From assembly GCF_009914755.1 (NCBI RefSeq), contig NC_060931.1: DNA of 64,000 nucleotides; one strand, 5' to 3'. The position numbers and the translations under genes are program-made. This document shows, one piece after another, positions 46,676-60,430 of the stretch. The notes beneath the pieces are model-generated. The model did no database searches. It saw only the letters and a list, made by a program, of their open reading frames with translations, and was not told the origin of the DNA. Every line of letters begins with the position of its first letter. The stretch's first letter is position 1. This DNA comes from the human T2T-CHM13v2.0 reference genome, Homo sapiens.

Positions 46676-49270
46676 AAAAGAATGGAGGAAGGAAAGATGG
46701 AGGGGAGTATGGAGGAAAAGATGGTAGTAAGGTGTGATGGAAGAGGGAAAGAATGGAAGAAAAATTAATGCAGAGACTACTTTGGTAAGCTCCCTTAAAC
46801 AAAGAGAAAGTAAAACATTTAGTTAGATCGACATTGACCAGGGAATTGAGCCATGTTTTAGAGCTATCTAAGTACACATACTGGTCTGGAAATTAATTCT
46901 AAATCCATCTAATTATTCTGAGTTTTCAATAACTCTCTTCTTTTCAATCTAGATAATTACTTCCTAGGCTGCAATAATATTGAAATATTTTATGTAACTG
47001 AAAATAGAGTCCATTTTAAGATGATAATATTTATACACCCCAGAGGAAAAAAATGTCAAACTTTAACAAAACTACCAGACACATCTTCACTTCAGAGATG
47101 TTGAAATGTGGAAAAAACACATTGTAGAATCTATGAAATATAGGTATATACAAAATGAAACAAATTCTTGTAGACCATTAATCATGTACCACAAAAGAAC
47201 AGAGACACTTGCAGCCATTGCTTGTACTCATAAAAAGCACCAAATAGCCAGAATAACCACCATGATCTGAACTTTGGTTCAAAAATTTTCAATAGCCACT
47301 GCCAAGAAAGAAACATGATAGTTTACATGATTCAGAAAGTATATAAAATGTTCACAAGTTCAGGTAAAACCAGTTATTCTGGAAACAAAAGACAAAAGAA
47401 AAAAATTCTACCTTTTCTATCAATTCTTAGGAGCTCTCTTATGCAAAAAGAAATGTTGCAAAACCAACACCTAGATGTGCTTCTATGCAATACACAGACA
47501 CAAAATGATCCTAATTCAGTATGCCTTAATATTGGAAATCCAACCAGCCCTGAAAGATAAATAGTTTCCTTTTTCTTTTCCCTTTTTAGGAACTGGCATA
47601 ATAAATGCCAAATATATTTAATTTTTCACAGTATCACTTTCTCCAAGATTATAGCATTGTTTGAATATTTGCGTAATTAATAGAGGGCAAAGTCATTTTT
47701 TAGCCGTGAGAAGAAGACTCATTATTTTAAAAACAAACTAAAATTATAAAGATATTAATATTATGGTATGAATCAAAAAATCAATTCAGGCATTAAGCCA
47801 GATACACAAACATTGAGTGGCTGAACAACAATCCTCCCTTCTGGACAGGATGCATCATCAAGGTCAAAATTTACATAGTAAACCATCAGCATAAAATCAG
47901 AGGTCAATTGGCTGAAAAATGAGTACAATTTTAATACAAATAATTGGCAAGGCAAGTGTGCATTAAGGCAGAAGCATTGCCAATGAGGAGGAATTTCCTC
48001 CTTGGGAATTTAATTTTGTTGAATGAGTTGAGCAACTTCACAGGTAGATACTTTAGTTCAAATGGAATTTAAATATTCCAACCATGGCACAATGAAGTAA
48101 CTATAATTTTGCTAATCCAAACATTTCTTAACTTTTCCTCCATTCCACAACTGATTTTAAACATCAGGTATCTTGTATATTTTTATTTGCTGAAATGCCT
48201 AAATTAGAGCCATCCTAATTGTAAACTCAATTTCCTCACAACAGAAAATCTCCTGAAGGATTTGTAAATTACTGCACTGTTATTAGAACTTCATCACTAC
48301 AGGAAACAGCACGTTTTTGCTAATAAAAACTTTGACTTTTTTCAACACTATTTCCTGCAATATTGCAAATAATCCCAAAACAAATTCAAACCCTAAAGGG
48401 CCACATAAACTGTGGAATAAATGGGACGCCTTCTCACCCATTGGGCAGTAAGAGAGGATGGAGAGGAAAGTGCCTAGAGAAGAATTTTAGAATGAGATTC
48501 CTAATGGTCTGTGACATTCCATCACAATTACTTATTGATTTTATTTGAAGAGACTCACCACAGGCTTTATGGAAAGCAAAATAAAAAGTGATGACCTGTT
48601 ATTATTTTGGGAACTAAGGGAGCCTTATGAAGACTCTATTTTAACCTTAAAAGTCAGCATAAAATTATTTAGTTGATCTATTGCCCCCAACATTGCATTT
48701 CCAGTGTGCATGTGGACTTTTCGTGATTGTCTCTATCAGTTAGACACTGTTTGGATCCATTTTTGAAAGGCAGCCCATTGCAAAGCTGTCAAAGTCAATT
48801 ATTTGCAGGGATGTAGGGTAAAAGAGGTTGTCATTAGGTATAAGTGATTTTGCAAATTTATGAATTTCCTAAAAAACAATAAAAATTATTGCTGAATATA
48901 TTTAAAAAACATGTGGGAGTCAAGAATTCTAGAATATTGTGTTTTGTTCCTACTTTTGATTCTACACAGTAAGGAAAAGCTATTAGGTAAACAAAAGAAA
49001 GATAATCCAAGTCATTAAATATTTCTTCCAAATGTAAATTCAGGTCAAATCTAAAAATGCTATTATTCTTTAGAAATCTAGTAACCAGAATGCTTCAAGA
49101 CATCCAACTTCTCGCTTGGGTGGGTGCTGCTATGATCTGCACAGGTAGAGATGTTTTAATACATAGTTTATAGCCAGTGAATTTGGAACCAGGGTGCAAC
49201 CTAATTTTTTATTTATTATTGATACATGTTAATTGTACATTTTTATGGGATACATGATCTCAGCAATTTA

Positions 49271-49470
49271 GCTGTGTTTTTCAAAAAAGTATATGGGCCT
49301 CTAAATCAGAATCATTTACAGTGTTTATTTAAAATATAGGTTTCTGGGCCTCACACCTCAGACTGAATCTCAGAATAACTTTGGAGTAAATACTAGATAT
49401 TAGTAATTATGCTTAGATTTTTACAACTCATTTTGAGATCCTTATGCACAATAAAATTGGAGATTCACTG
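49271..49470. mobile_element. MER5-family MITE (degenerate)
   Basis: atcagaatca…aaaatataggtttctgggcctcac…actgaatc…ggagattcactg. Confidence 0.6.
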
Positions 49471-50295
49471 AATTAAAACAAATACATAGTGGACATGTTC
49501 TTAGGTTTACTCTATATTTCACTGGGAGATACTTCTGGATTGAATAACAGACAACAAACAGACTTCTAAAATGTTAGAGTTTAAACTAAGTTGTATTCAA
49601 ACCGTTTAGAAAAATGTGTTTTTATATATAATTGCCCTAGATTAAATGTTAACAGAAATAATACAAATTAGTCAATATCCACGTCGAATGAGGATAATAA
49701 ATGCACTTGTCTTTACACAGTTATTCAGTCATGAGTGGTCAGAACCGTCACTTTGTGATTTAACCAGAGAAAATATTCAGCTCCTACTCTCATCTATATG
49801 TATATTCTGAGGTTATTTCGAATATCCTTAAAAGATTACTTTAATCTCCAAATTACATAAATCCAAACTAATGAAGATGAAGGCTTTAGCACCACAGAGA
49901 TTAAGACTGGAAAGGAACTAAGGGGTCATTTAGTCCAGGAGCTTCATTTTACAAAGTTGAAATCATAGATGTTAAGGTGAGCAAAAAGACAGAATTCTTG
50001 ATGCTTAATCCACTGCTCTTTATTTATCACTGTCTAGACTACAGGGCCTTCTTCTATTGTTGTCGTAAACATTCCTTAAATAATAAAACTTCTCTTTTGA
50101 CAGCTTTTAATTGTTTGGACTACTGCAAATAGTATGGCTAATATTTTATATTCATCTAACATGTGCTCTAAACTGTATATTCCATCAATTAAATATAGTA
50201 CAGAGATGTTATGTGCAGCAATATCTACTAATATTTGTGCTATTAAGCCATACAACTACTTTAAAAATGCTTTTTCTTTAACCATATATATATAT

Positions 50296-50494
<199 letters not shown>

Positions 50495-50506
50495 GAAGGA
50501 AAATAA

Positions 50507-50862
<356 letters not shown>

Positions 50863-51769
50863 TCTATCATTTTTAAATAATATTCTTCTTATGATCTTAT
50901 ACCTACATCACGACCGATCTATATACTTTACTTGAAACATAAAATTAGACATGGAACTTATTAAAAATTTTAATGGAAAGAAAATCAAAATCTTACATTT
51001 TGCATATTTTATGCTTTCTTATAATTCAACTCAAAGTATACTGAAGAAAATACAGATAGTGTTACTCTAAATCATTTGGATAAAATGCAATCAGCTAATT
51101 TGGTTCCTAATAACAATATATATCAGAAAACTTTATCCTTAATTTACTGCAATAGCCAAACAGGATGGGACAAAATGTATGACTGTCTTCAGGGAATAGA
51201 ATATGGGCAGTTTGGAGCTTCTGAAGTTTAACCAGAGAACTTTGCTTTGAAGAAGAGAAGCTTGGTAGGGTCTTTTAAAAGCTTTCACATGTATTTAAGG
51301 CTCAGGCCTATTTCATGTGGCTACAGAATACATAACTATAGGTAGAAGTTGTAAAAATACATATTTCAGTTCATTATTTGGAATAATATTCTCACAGAGT
51401 AGTTTGAAATCAGGACAGTTTGCCTCAGATGCTCTACTGAGGACTTAGGCATTTAATAGTGAATTGAGAATCATTTGCTGCAAGTAACCTCAAATGAAAC
51501 AGCATCCTCTGCCAATTTTTCTGCAGTTAAAAGTCAAAGTGCAGTACATTTTGAACCACTTTAATGGTACATAGAGCTGACAATTTCTCAAAAAGTATTA
51601 CATCCTTTTAGAAGACAAAAACCATAAAAGAATCTGAGGCACTTCTCTAACATACAGTCTGACATCAATATAACATTAAACTATAGACAACAGTAAAATT
51701 CTATAAATTGTTATGCAATATAACTACCATATATCAATACAGATCAATTAAATATATATATACCTCAAT

Positions 51770-51995
51770 AATAATTGCTAATATTTATCAAACACTTAAT
51801 CTTTCAGGTTCTGTTCTAAGAATATTGCCTAAATTAACTCATTTAATCCTCCTCACAGCTACTCTATTATTTCCCATTTTTTAGGTAAGGAATCTGAGAG
51901 ATGGGGGAAGGGGATTTATATTACACGCTCAAGTTCATAACGTCGGTGTGTAATTGAACCTAGGCAATCGACTCCACAGCTCACCCTCTTAACAA
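51770..51995 (-). mobile_element. MIR SINE
   Basis: aactcatttaatcctc…cccattttttaggtaaggaatctgag…tgaacctaggcaatc.actcca…ctcttaac. Confidence 0.7.
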
Positions 51996-52344
51996 CTATG
52001 CAATGTTACCTCCACGCAGGAAGCAAGGGACTTACCTGGATATTACACAACAGGAATAATGACAAGTCAGCATTTATAAAAGCATTATTCAACATAAGCA
52101 ATGACAATATTCATTTGAGCAAAATTACTATTCCTTCCTTAATAAATGGCAGTCCTCTCCCCCCTCCTTAAAAGGAATGCAAACTATAAATGATCTCAGA
52201 TTAGAAGGAACTAAAATTCCTTCTTACATTTATTCTTGTCAGAAGCACAATCACCAATAGTTTTATAAGCTACAGCATCTTTAAAATTGAGAAAATAATG
52301 TACATACATACTATATATGAGATATAGTATATACTATATACTAT

Positions 52345-52492
52345 ACCACCACATTCTCTCTTCTCTGATGTCAGTAGGAAACTTACCCAATCCTCTAAGT
52401 TAAATTTTCTTAGCACTTGTGGAACATACGGTGCACCGAGGGTCAATTCTTTCAATTCTACTCAAGCAGTCACTTCTCTTAGGTGTATAAAA
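52345..52492 (+). repeat. Dispersed direct repeat, copy A (148 bp)
   Basis: Ungapped match to 53740-53887 with 20 mismatches by manual count (~86%). Confidence 0.93.
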
Positions 52493-53739
52493 TCAAATAT
52501 ATATATATATTATATTTATATATTATATATAATATATATTTTATATATACACCTTTAAAATATATATATATATATATATATAAAAATGAAAAATAAGGTG
52601 AGATCAACTAATAAAGGAAAGGTTTGGCTAAAACACATTTATCACTATGGAATTCCTGGCTTTAAAAGATAAAAATACGTAGATCACAAAAATAAAAATC
52701 ATGAAAACTTTCATCCTAATATAGACAAGAGTGACTATAAATTATTTTTGACAAAAAATAAGAGAAAGCCTAAAATACAGTCATGACAGAAATTTATTTA
52801 ACCAATCTCCATGCATTATTGACAAAGAACTTGACAGAAGCCATAAATCTAAGTACCAAATCATGGGATCCATTCAGCTTGGTGGTTAAGAGGTGAAGAG
52901 CTATGCCATCTGAAAGAAGTACCAAGATGGAAATCTTGCAGGGAGGTCAGGTAGAAATCAGTGAAGGAGAGAGCAACCAAGGTTTCCCAATTAGATGGAA
53001 AGTAGAAAAGAGCAGAATGGAAAGACATACAGAAAACCATGTAATAACATGAAAGGAATTAAGGAACATTTAAGTCCTTTAGAAGTGTGCTGAGTCTGAA
53101 GTAGTTTGTAGTGCAAGGTTAAGATGACTGTAGCATTTTTTGAGTGGAATACACTGAGGAGAAACAAAAACAGTCTAATGATTTCCGTGGCTTCTAGAGA
53201 GTTGCAACATTCATTTTCTGCAGTTTAAATTATGTTTCCTATGGCAAGAAAATAGCTGCATAGATAAACTTCCCTGGCAAAGTTATTTTTGATCTAGCAG
53301 AACCCAGTAATTCCAGACTGCAGAGACAGCAGGTAACAAATGTCCCCTTCAAAATCCAAACCCAAATTAGATAAGTCTGTGAGCCCTCATTGGTGAAATG
53401 GTCAGACCTGAGCTTCCTTTTAAATAACACTCCCAACACACTCTCTATTAGGTGTCCTACATGCTTCCTGGAATCAAATCAGGATGTTACTCCTGCTTGG
53501 CTCTGCCTTGGTGCTGAGGCTGCTGTTTTTCAACTGCCATGTAGCTCCAAGTAATTGCCAGCTGCTCTGCCAAAAATGCCACCTGACCTTGCTGCTCATT
53601 ATTGATTACTGTCTGCTGCAGCTGCCACCAGACAAGGGCTAGAGACCTGCCCCAGACTGCTGCTCATAGGGCTGTCCCTCTGCTTCCAGCTGCTGCTCAG
53701 CACTTCTCTCAGTTTGATGACCTCACCACTGTACCTTCC

Positions 53740-53887
53740 ACTACTACATTATCTCTTCTCTGATGTCAGTGGGGAACTTACCCAACCCTCTAAATTTAAC
53801 TTTCTTAGCACTATTGGAACATAAGGCACACCAAGGGTCAATTCCTTCGATTTTACTCAAGCAGTGGCTTCTCTTAGGTGTATAAAA
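53740..53887 (+). repeat. Dispersed direct repeat, copy B (148 bp)
   Basis: Ungapped match to 52345-52492 at offset 1395. Confidence 0.93.
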
Positions 53888-54237
53888 GTCACTGGTGGTG
53901 GTGGTCCATAGGGTGGGGTGGCTACAGCCTGGTTCTAGACAGTTTCAAAAAATAGTGCACTGAAGCACTGCTCTCTTTTCCTTGTTAGCCACAGTTGCTG
54001 AATCCAGCTCCACAATGATGATATTATTTTAAAAGATTATTACTTTCTGATGGGTGATGTAATACATCCTGACAGTTTGCTTTCCATCACTGCTATCAGT
54101 CACAAACTACTCGTCCATAAAGTTTGGTAGATATACCAGAATATGTCTAAACATCAACACTGTAAGGTTTTAATTAATTTCCCAGAAGTCTTTTCTGCCC
54201 CCATATAGATTATTGGGCACAACAGATATATGGGTTG

Positions 54238-54801
54238 TGTATTAGTTTCTAGTGGTGTGTAAAAAATTATCATTTAGTGGCTTGAAACAACAAAAATTTT
54301 TCATCCTGTTTCTGGTGGCCAAAAGTTTAGGAACAACATAACTGAGTTCTCTGCTCTGGGTCTCATAAGGTTGAAATCAAAGTGTTGGCTGAGCTATGTT
54401 CTCGTTTACAGCTTGGGTCCTTTTCCCCCATTCAACTTGTTGGCAGAATCCAGTTTTTCATTAGAGTCCTCTTGCTATTCCCTGCCATGTGGGTCTCTCT
54501 ACAACATGGGAATTTGCTTTTTAAAGGCCAGCTTATGAACAGTTTCTTGCTCACTGCTCCTGTTCTTTGTCTTTATTAAAGGTCTACCTGATTAGGTTTG
54601 GATAATCTTTAAAGTCCACTAACTAGGGGATTTATTATTACATCTGCCAAACATGTTTTGCCACATAACATAATAAAATCAAAAGAGTGACAACACATCT
54701 TATTCACAAGTCCAGCTTGCATTCAAAGGGAAAAGATTACAAAAGGCATGTGTACAAGGGAGAGAATCTTAGGGACCACCTTAAAAATTCTTTCTATCAC
54801 A
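54238..54801 (-). mobile_element. MaLR solo LTR (older MLT1 type)
   Basis: tgtattagtttct…ttagtggcttgaaacaaca…ttaaaaattctttctatcaca. Confidence 0.78.
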
Positions 54802-56556
54802 AGTGGACTGGTTAACTACTTTTGCTTACCATATATGTAACTTTCAACTCCCTTTCTAGTATAGGTAAGTTTATTTCCTTGCTAAAAAAAATAGGATCCT
54901 TTCTGCCTTTACAGTTAAACTGTGAATTGTATTACCCTACATGACTCCTCAACTAGACACAGTCATAAGCCATTAGCTTTAAAGCTAAGTATAGTTCTGA
55001 ATCAACTCAGGATTCACTCCCTAACCATTTGGGTTGACTCTGGCTTTCAGGGGACTTTGAATACATACGAAATGACTTAGCTCAATCCTATTCCTGAGAA
55101 CCTGAGGCCATTTTGGCATCAAGGTCATGTATTTCAAACCTTTTAGGATTTTTAATTTGATAGCAAAGAAAAGGAAGAAGAAGTCCCATTGCCTTATTCA
55201 GGTTATCAGAATGTATATGACATTGGGGACTAAGATCCAATTGGTATAAGGTTAGTAGCAAAGAAAAATGTGCAGCAGGCTTTAAGAAGTATGTTTGGAT
55301 ATGTTAAATATGGATTTTATTTCATGGAGTTGATCACAGGTCCTCCTGGAAGGCTGTCTTAATGAAAACCTTATAATATACAAATAATTGTTATCTACAA
55401 TTGGATCTGAACTCAAGGTTCTCACCTAACTGGGGTCATTATAGAATTATGAAGAATCAATGCTCCTGCTAAGAAGTAACATTTCTTTTCACCAATGTGC
55501 TAAATCATAGGTAAAATTAAAATATCTTGAACTATAACAGTCAATGTTTCTCTAGATAAAAGGGAAATCATATCTAAGCCCATAATAAAAGGGAAGGAGC
55601 TAATCATTTGAATCTGAACAAGAATTCTTCATTGAACATGATAAAAATCAGTGTTTATATGCATTTTCTTCATTTTCTTTCATAGTGATATTACTAAGTT
55701 GGGTAAAAATAATATCTAAGTAGATTACTTAAATAAAAGCAAAAACAGCTCTGCCAATACCTGGCATAAGACCCCACTTGTTCTGCTCATCAACAGCAGA
55801 CATTCATTGAGTGACTTCTATGTGTGAGGCAGGTACCAGATTCAATACCACCCTATTTAACATCAACTGTCTTAAATTCAACTTCTACTTCTCTGTTTAA
55901 ATCTGTGTATTATCATGTTTTCTGTTGTGCAAATTCAAAACTTTGTATTTCCTTGGCACTTCCCATCTCCTCCATTCACCATAACTAATCCTGTTGGTAG
56001 TTTTATTGTGATACCCATCACACAATTCCTTTCATTTTTATTTTCCCAGCACTCTTCTTAAGAACTATGTACCATAATTCTATATGATTGCATTGACTTT
56101 CTAATATTCAATTGGATTTTCTGACTAAAATTACTATTTCCAAATTTTCACATATATAACTGCTATATTAATATTCCTAAATTCCTAATGGAGGCTTATA
56201 TTTTCTTCATATTATATTTCAGCGTCATTTGCCAGATTCTGCTCTAACTTATGTATTTTGTTATCTAAGCCTTGTAACAATCTAGGTAAAATTTTATTTC
56301 CATTTTTGAGAGGAAGAAACTAAGTAAAATAATTACCAAGGAAGCTTTCTTGGTATAAATTCCTTGGAAGAAATTGAATAAAATAAATACTAAGTTAGAT
56401 CCAGGTATCTGATGTTAAAGCTTCTTCTTATAATTACTACTGCATTGTCTTCCCATGTAAATTAAGAACCTGGAATAGTGCCCATTACCCATGAAGCTAA
56501 ATCCAAGTTCTTCACATTGGAACTCAAATCTGCTCTTTTGTTAATTCCTGAAAATA

Positions 56557-56909
56557 TAGAAGGTCCCTGTTTTATGATGTCTGACTTGTGATTTTTGACT
56601 TAACAATGGTGCCATATGCATTCAATAGAAGCCATATTTCAAATACCCATACAACCCTTCTGCTTTTTACTTTTAGTACAATATTCAATAAATTACATGT
56701 GATATTCAACTTTTTTAAAATAAGCTTTGTGTTAGAGGATTTTGCCCAATTCTAGGCTGGTGCAAGTTTTCTGAGTGTTTAGGCAAGGAAGGCTAGGCTA
56801 AACTATGATGTTTAGCAGTTTAGGTGTATTAAAGACATTTTTGACTTAGGATACTTTCAACTCATGATGTATTTATCAGGATGTAACCCCATTAGGGGAA
56901 GAGGCTCTG
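56557..56909. mobile_element. MER47/Tigger5-like TcMar fossil
   Basis: tagtacaatattcaataaattacatg…ggctaggctaaactatgatgttt…atgtaacccc; TA flanks. Confidence 0.75.
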
Positions 56910-59900
56910 TATATAAATTACTTCTCCTATTGCCCTTTTTCTGGCATTTGAAATGCCACCATTCTGTATCTATTCAAATTTGATTTATCTTTTAGGCTGA
57001 CTTCAAGTTCTGTCCCTACCTTGAGGTTGTCTCAGGCCACAGGTTATTGTGATGTTCCTCTCATTAAAAGTTCTTAAACATCTACCTCAATTTTGCACTG
57101 ATAAATATCCTCTTAAACTGTGGATATTTGATTATTTTATTATACTGTGTAACATTTGACTTATTGAGAAAATATAAAGTATTTGAAGACAGTAGGCTCT
57201 AATTCAATGAAAACCTATTAAGGCCCTTCCATGGGCAAGCTCCTACAATGAGAATGGTAAGTTGAATTCACCTCTATATAAAAGTGAATAAATGTGCTTT
57301 CTGAAAAAGTTTCCTTTCTGTGAAACAATTTCTGGGGCTATGAGATAAAGATACAAATTATGGGACAAAGACACAATAACCACAGGAAAATAAACACTTA
57401 AATATACCATAAGAGAGCTCATGAAAGGTTTAGTAAAGTAATTATATTTTGAGAGATGATGTACAATATCATGGGAACAAAAAGAAGAAATATGAATATG
57501 GAAACAGGTCATATACTGCAGGAAGAATGAATAGACTAGTCTGACAAAATGCAACACAGGAAACAAAAGGGTAGAAATTAATAAAACAACAGATAGGACA
57601 AAGCAGGGAACACTTTAAATGGCAGGCTATGGATTTCGGATTCTCTTTGAGGATGCAACATGGTGTGAGTATCAGCTCATAATGAACACAGCATCTCACC
57701 ACACATAGTTGCTGTTAGGATTAAAGAAAATGGTGTTCATAAAACACTAGCATAGGGCCTGGAAATAACAGATGTTCATCAAAGGGTACCTTGTTATTAT
57801 TATTCCATCACAGTTCTGCTTCATAAACATAAAACTGCCAATATTCCACAGGATGGGGACAAAAGTTAGAAATGGAGGCAGACCACCTATTAATGTGTCT
57901 CTGAAAGGACAGACAGATTCTCAGGGCACTGAAACTCAATAAATATTGGCGGGTGCAATAAGAAAATCATGAGTTCATCTGTCTTTCTTAGAACATAGTG
58001 GACATTCATGCTCTCTCCGAGAGATGTGAAAATAATTGGAAAAGAATAATAACTATAATTTCTAAATAATACTCCCTTTAATAGTCACATTTTTCTCCAA
58101 AGGGAACAATAACTTCTAATGGTGGGAGATGGATTCTGTTGGAAACATAGAATACTATTGCCTTGCCCTTTCCAGCATCTCAGACATTTCATTTCCTTCA
58201 CTGGAATCGTTTTGTGTACATTACCTCAGGCTAACCATCTTTGCAAAGCTTGGGTTCCAAAAAAAAAAAAAAAGAGAGACTAAGTGGAAAGGAATAATTT
58301 TTAGTCTTTCAGTCTTCCAATTTTCAGAGGCATATACTTCATCAAGTGTTTAAAAACTTGTTGATGGCTCTCTCCTTCCATGGGGAGTAGGCTTCTTGTA
58401 GCCACAGTCAGCTCAGTATGTTCTTCCATATTTGCTCTTTTAAAATTCTTCTGCTTAATTTCTATAAGGCTTTTTCTACATAATTTCCTTGCTATAGTTA
58501 TTCTCCCACTTTGTATGGCTTTTTTCCTAAATAATTTTTTCTTAATTGTATTAAATATGTAAATAGTCACTTAAATAAAAACTCTCGAAGTTCCCAATAT
58601 TCTAAGTAAACTAAACATACAATTTTGTGGGGGAGTTTTTTTTTCCATTTGGTTTGAGTGTTCTCAAGAGAACACTTTCCAAAAATGCAGCTCAAAATGT
58701 AAAAAAAAAAAAAAAAAGCAAGTACTCCCCAGGCTTTAAACTATCTGTTGAAGATTCCAAAAAGAGAACTGAACTTCTCTCCTGTCTCATAAAAATTCTT
58801 TTTCAAATAAACTTTGTTTTAAAGCATAATACATTATTTTAGATAAATATGCAGATACAATGAGGAAAGAGATAAATTTGGCCAGAAATAAATAACACTT
58901 GCAATTATTTCCATTATACAAAAGAAGAAAAATAAAAAACAGGAAAGCTTTCATTTGTCTTTCCTGTGCCCCAGCTAAATGAACAAATACATGGAAGTCA
59001 GAACAGCTGTAGTTATAAGTGAATCGTGTCAAAAACAGTTAGGTCAGTAGCTGTGATGAAATCTGGTCATGAGACGTTCTTTAACAATGGGGAACAAACG
59101 TTAATTTGATTATCTTCTTGTGGTTGGTTTTACATCATGTTTTCAGTAGACTCTCATAGATGATCATCTTTCCTTAATTGTATTCTGCCTGCTGTATTCA
59201 TCCATGTTTCTGGGACAGGACTAGTAAAGGGAATGTTGCTTTAGCACTTACATTTTCTTCTGAAGCTCTCTAATCCTTTCATGTGTTTCAATTCTTGTGA
59301 ATAAACACAATGCTCTAGTTCTTACATATGCTTTTCTATGAAAAGTTATTGCTAACCCAATGACTTCCAGCTCTACAGAAGTCAATCAAGAAGTTAATTT
59401 TTGAAACTTTTTAAACCCTTTAAAAATCACTGCTCAAAACTTATCAATTCAGGTCTGACTTGCTACCTTTGTATTGATTTGAACATTTATTGTATTGATT
59501 ATGTTAAATTCTCACTGTCTCAGCTTTTTATCTGGTATGTCTATCCATACCATTTTCTCCATTTTTATGTTCATTTTGTTTCTGCAACTCTGTAATAGGA
59601 CTTGAAATATGTGCTCATAGAAGAAACCATTATACACATACATGTACACCTGCATGAACACACATCTATAAATACAAGTTGAAGAAAAGGGCTCAGTTCA
59701 AAAGATACTAGGACTTTGTCCATCTGTATTTTCACACTCAATTTTAATTCATTTTTATTTCCCAGAAAGTTAACTTTAGGAGACTTTTCATATTTTCCTT
59801 TTTGTATGCGAGACCTATACCTTTAATTATGTTAGACTTCTGGTGGGTTTAGATTATTGAAATAGCCATTGAACTTAAATTATGTTGAGAAATGAATAAT

Positions 59901-60096
59901 GTACATTTTCAGTTTTGCAACATGTTCTGTCAAGATATCTCACTAAAATCAGCTCTGAGGAATGTTCAATGGGGCAGAAGGAAAAATAAAAATAATACGG
60001 GCCTTAGACATAAAATGTGAGATGGAGCGCTGTTCTTCACATATGAGATAAACAAGTATTCTGTACCTACATTTTCTGTACTGTAAAATAACAACA

Positions 60097-60430
60097 CAGA
60101 TTAAATATCCTCAACCTGAAAATCCAAAATTTGAAATGTTCCAAAATCCCAAAATGTTTAGTGCTGACATGACACTGCAAGTGAAAAATTTCACACATAA
60201 GTACTTAATACAAACTTTTCTTTATGCACAAAATTATTAAAAATATCATATAAAATTATCTTCATGCTATCTGTATAAGGTATATATGAAACAAATTAAT
60301 TCCATATTTAGACTTGGGTCCCATCCCCAAGATATCTCATTATGTATATGCAGATATTCCAAAATTTTAAAAATCTGAAATCTGAAAGACTTCTGGTCCC
60401 AAGCATTTCAGATAAGGGATACTCAATCTG
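60097..60430. mobile_element. Tigger4/MER46-type TcMar element
   Basis: cagattaaatatcc…aaaatccaaaat…ctggtcccaagcatttcagataagggatactcaatctg|ta. Confidence 0.88.

Noticed and set aside
52345-53887. The 148-bp direct repeats as paired LTRs of a small retroelement, or as a DGR template/variable repeat pair
   Set aside because: There are no TG…CA termini, TSD, PBS or PPT, and mismatches are not adenine-specific but mostly ordinary transitions.
53400-53990. GC-richer block as a coding exon or a named LTR family
   Set aside because: No recognisable protein. It may be an ancient LTR-like repeat, but I cannot assign it without a Dfam search.
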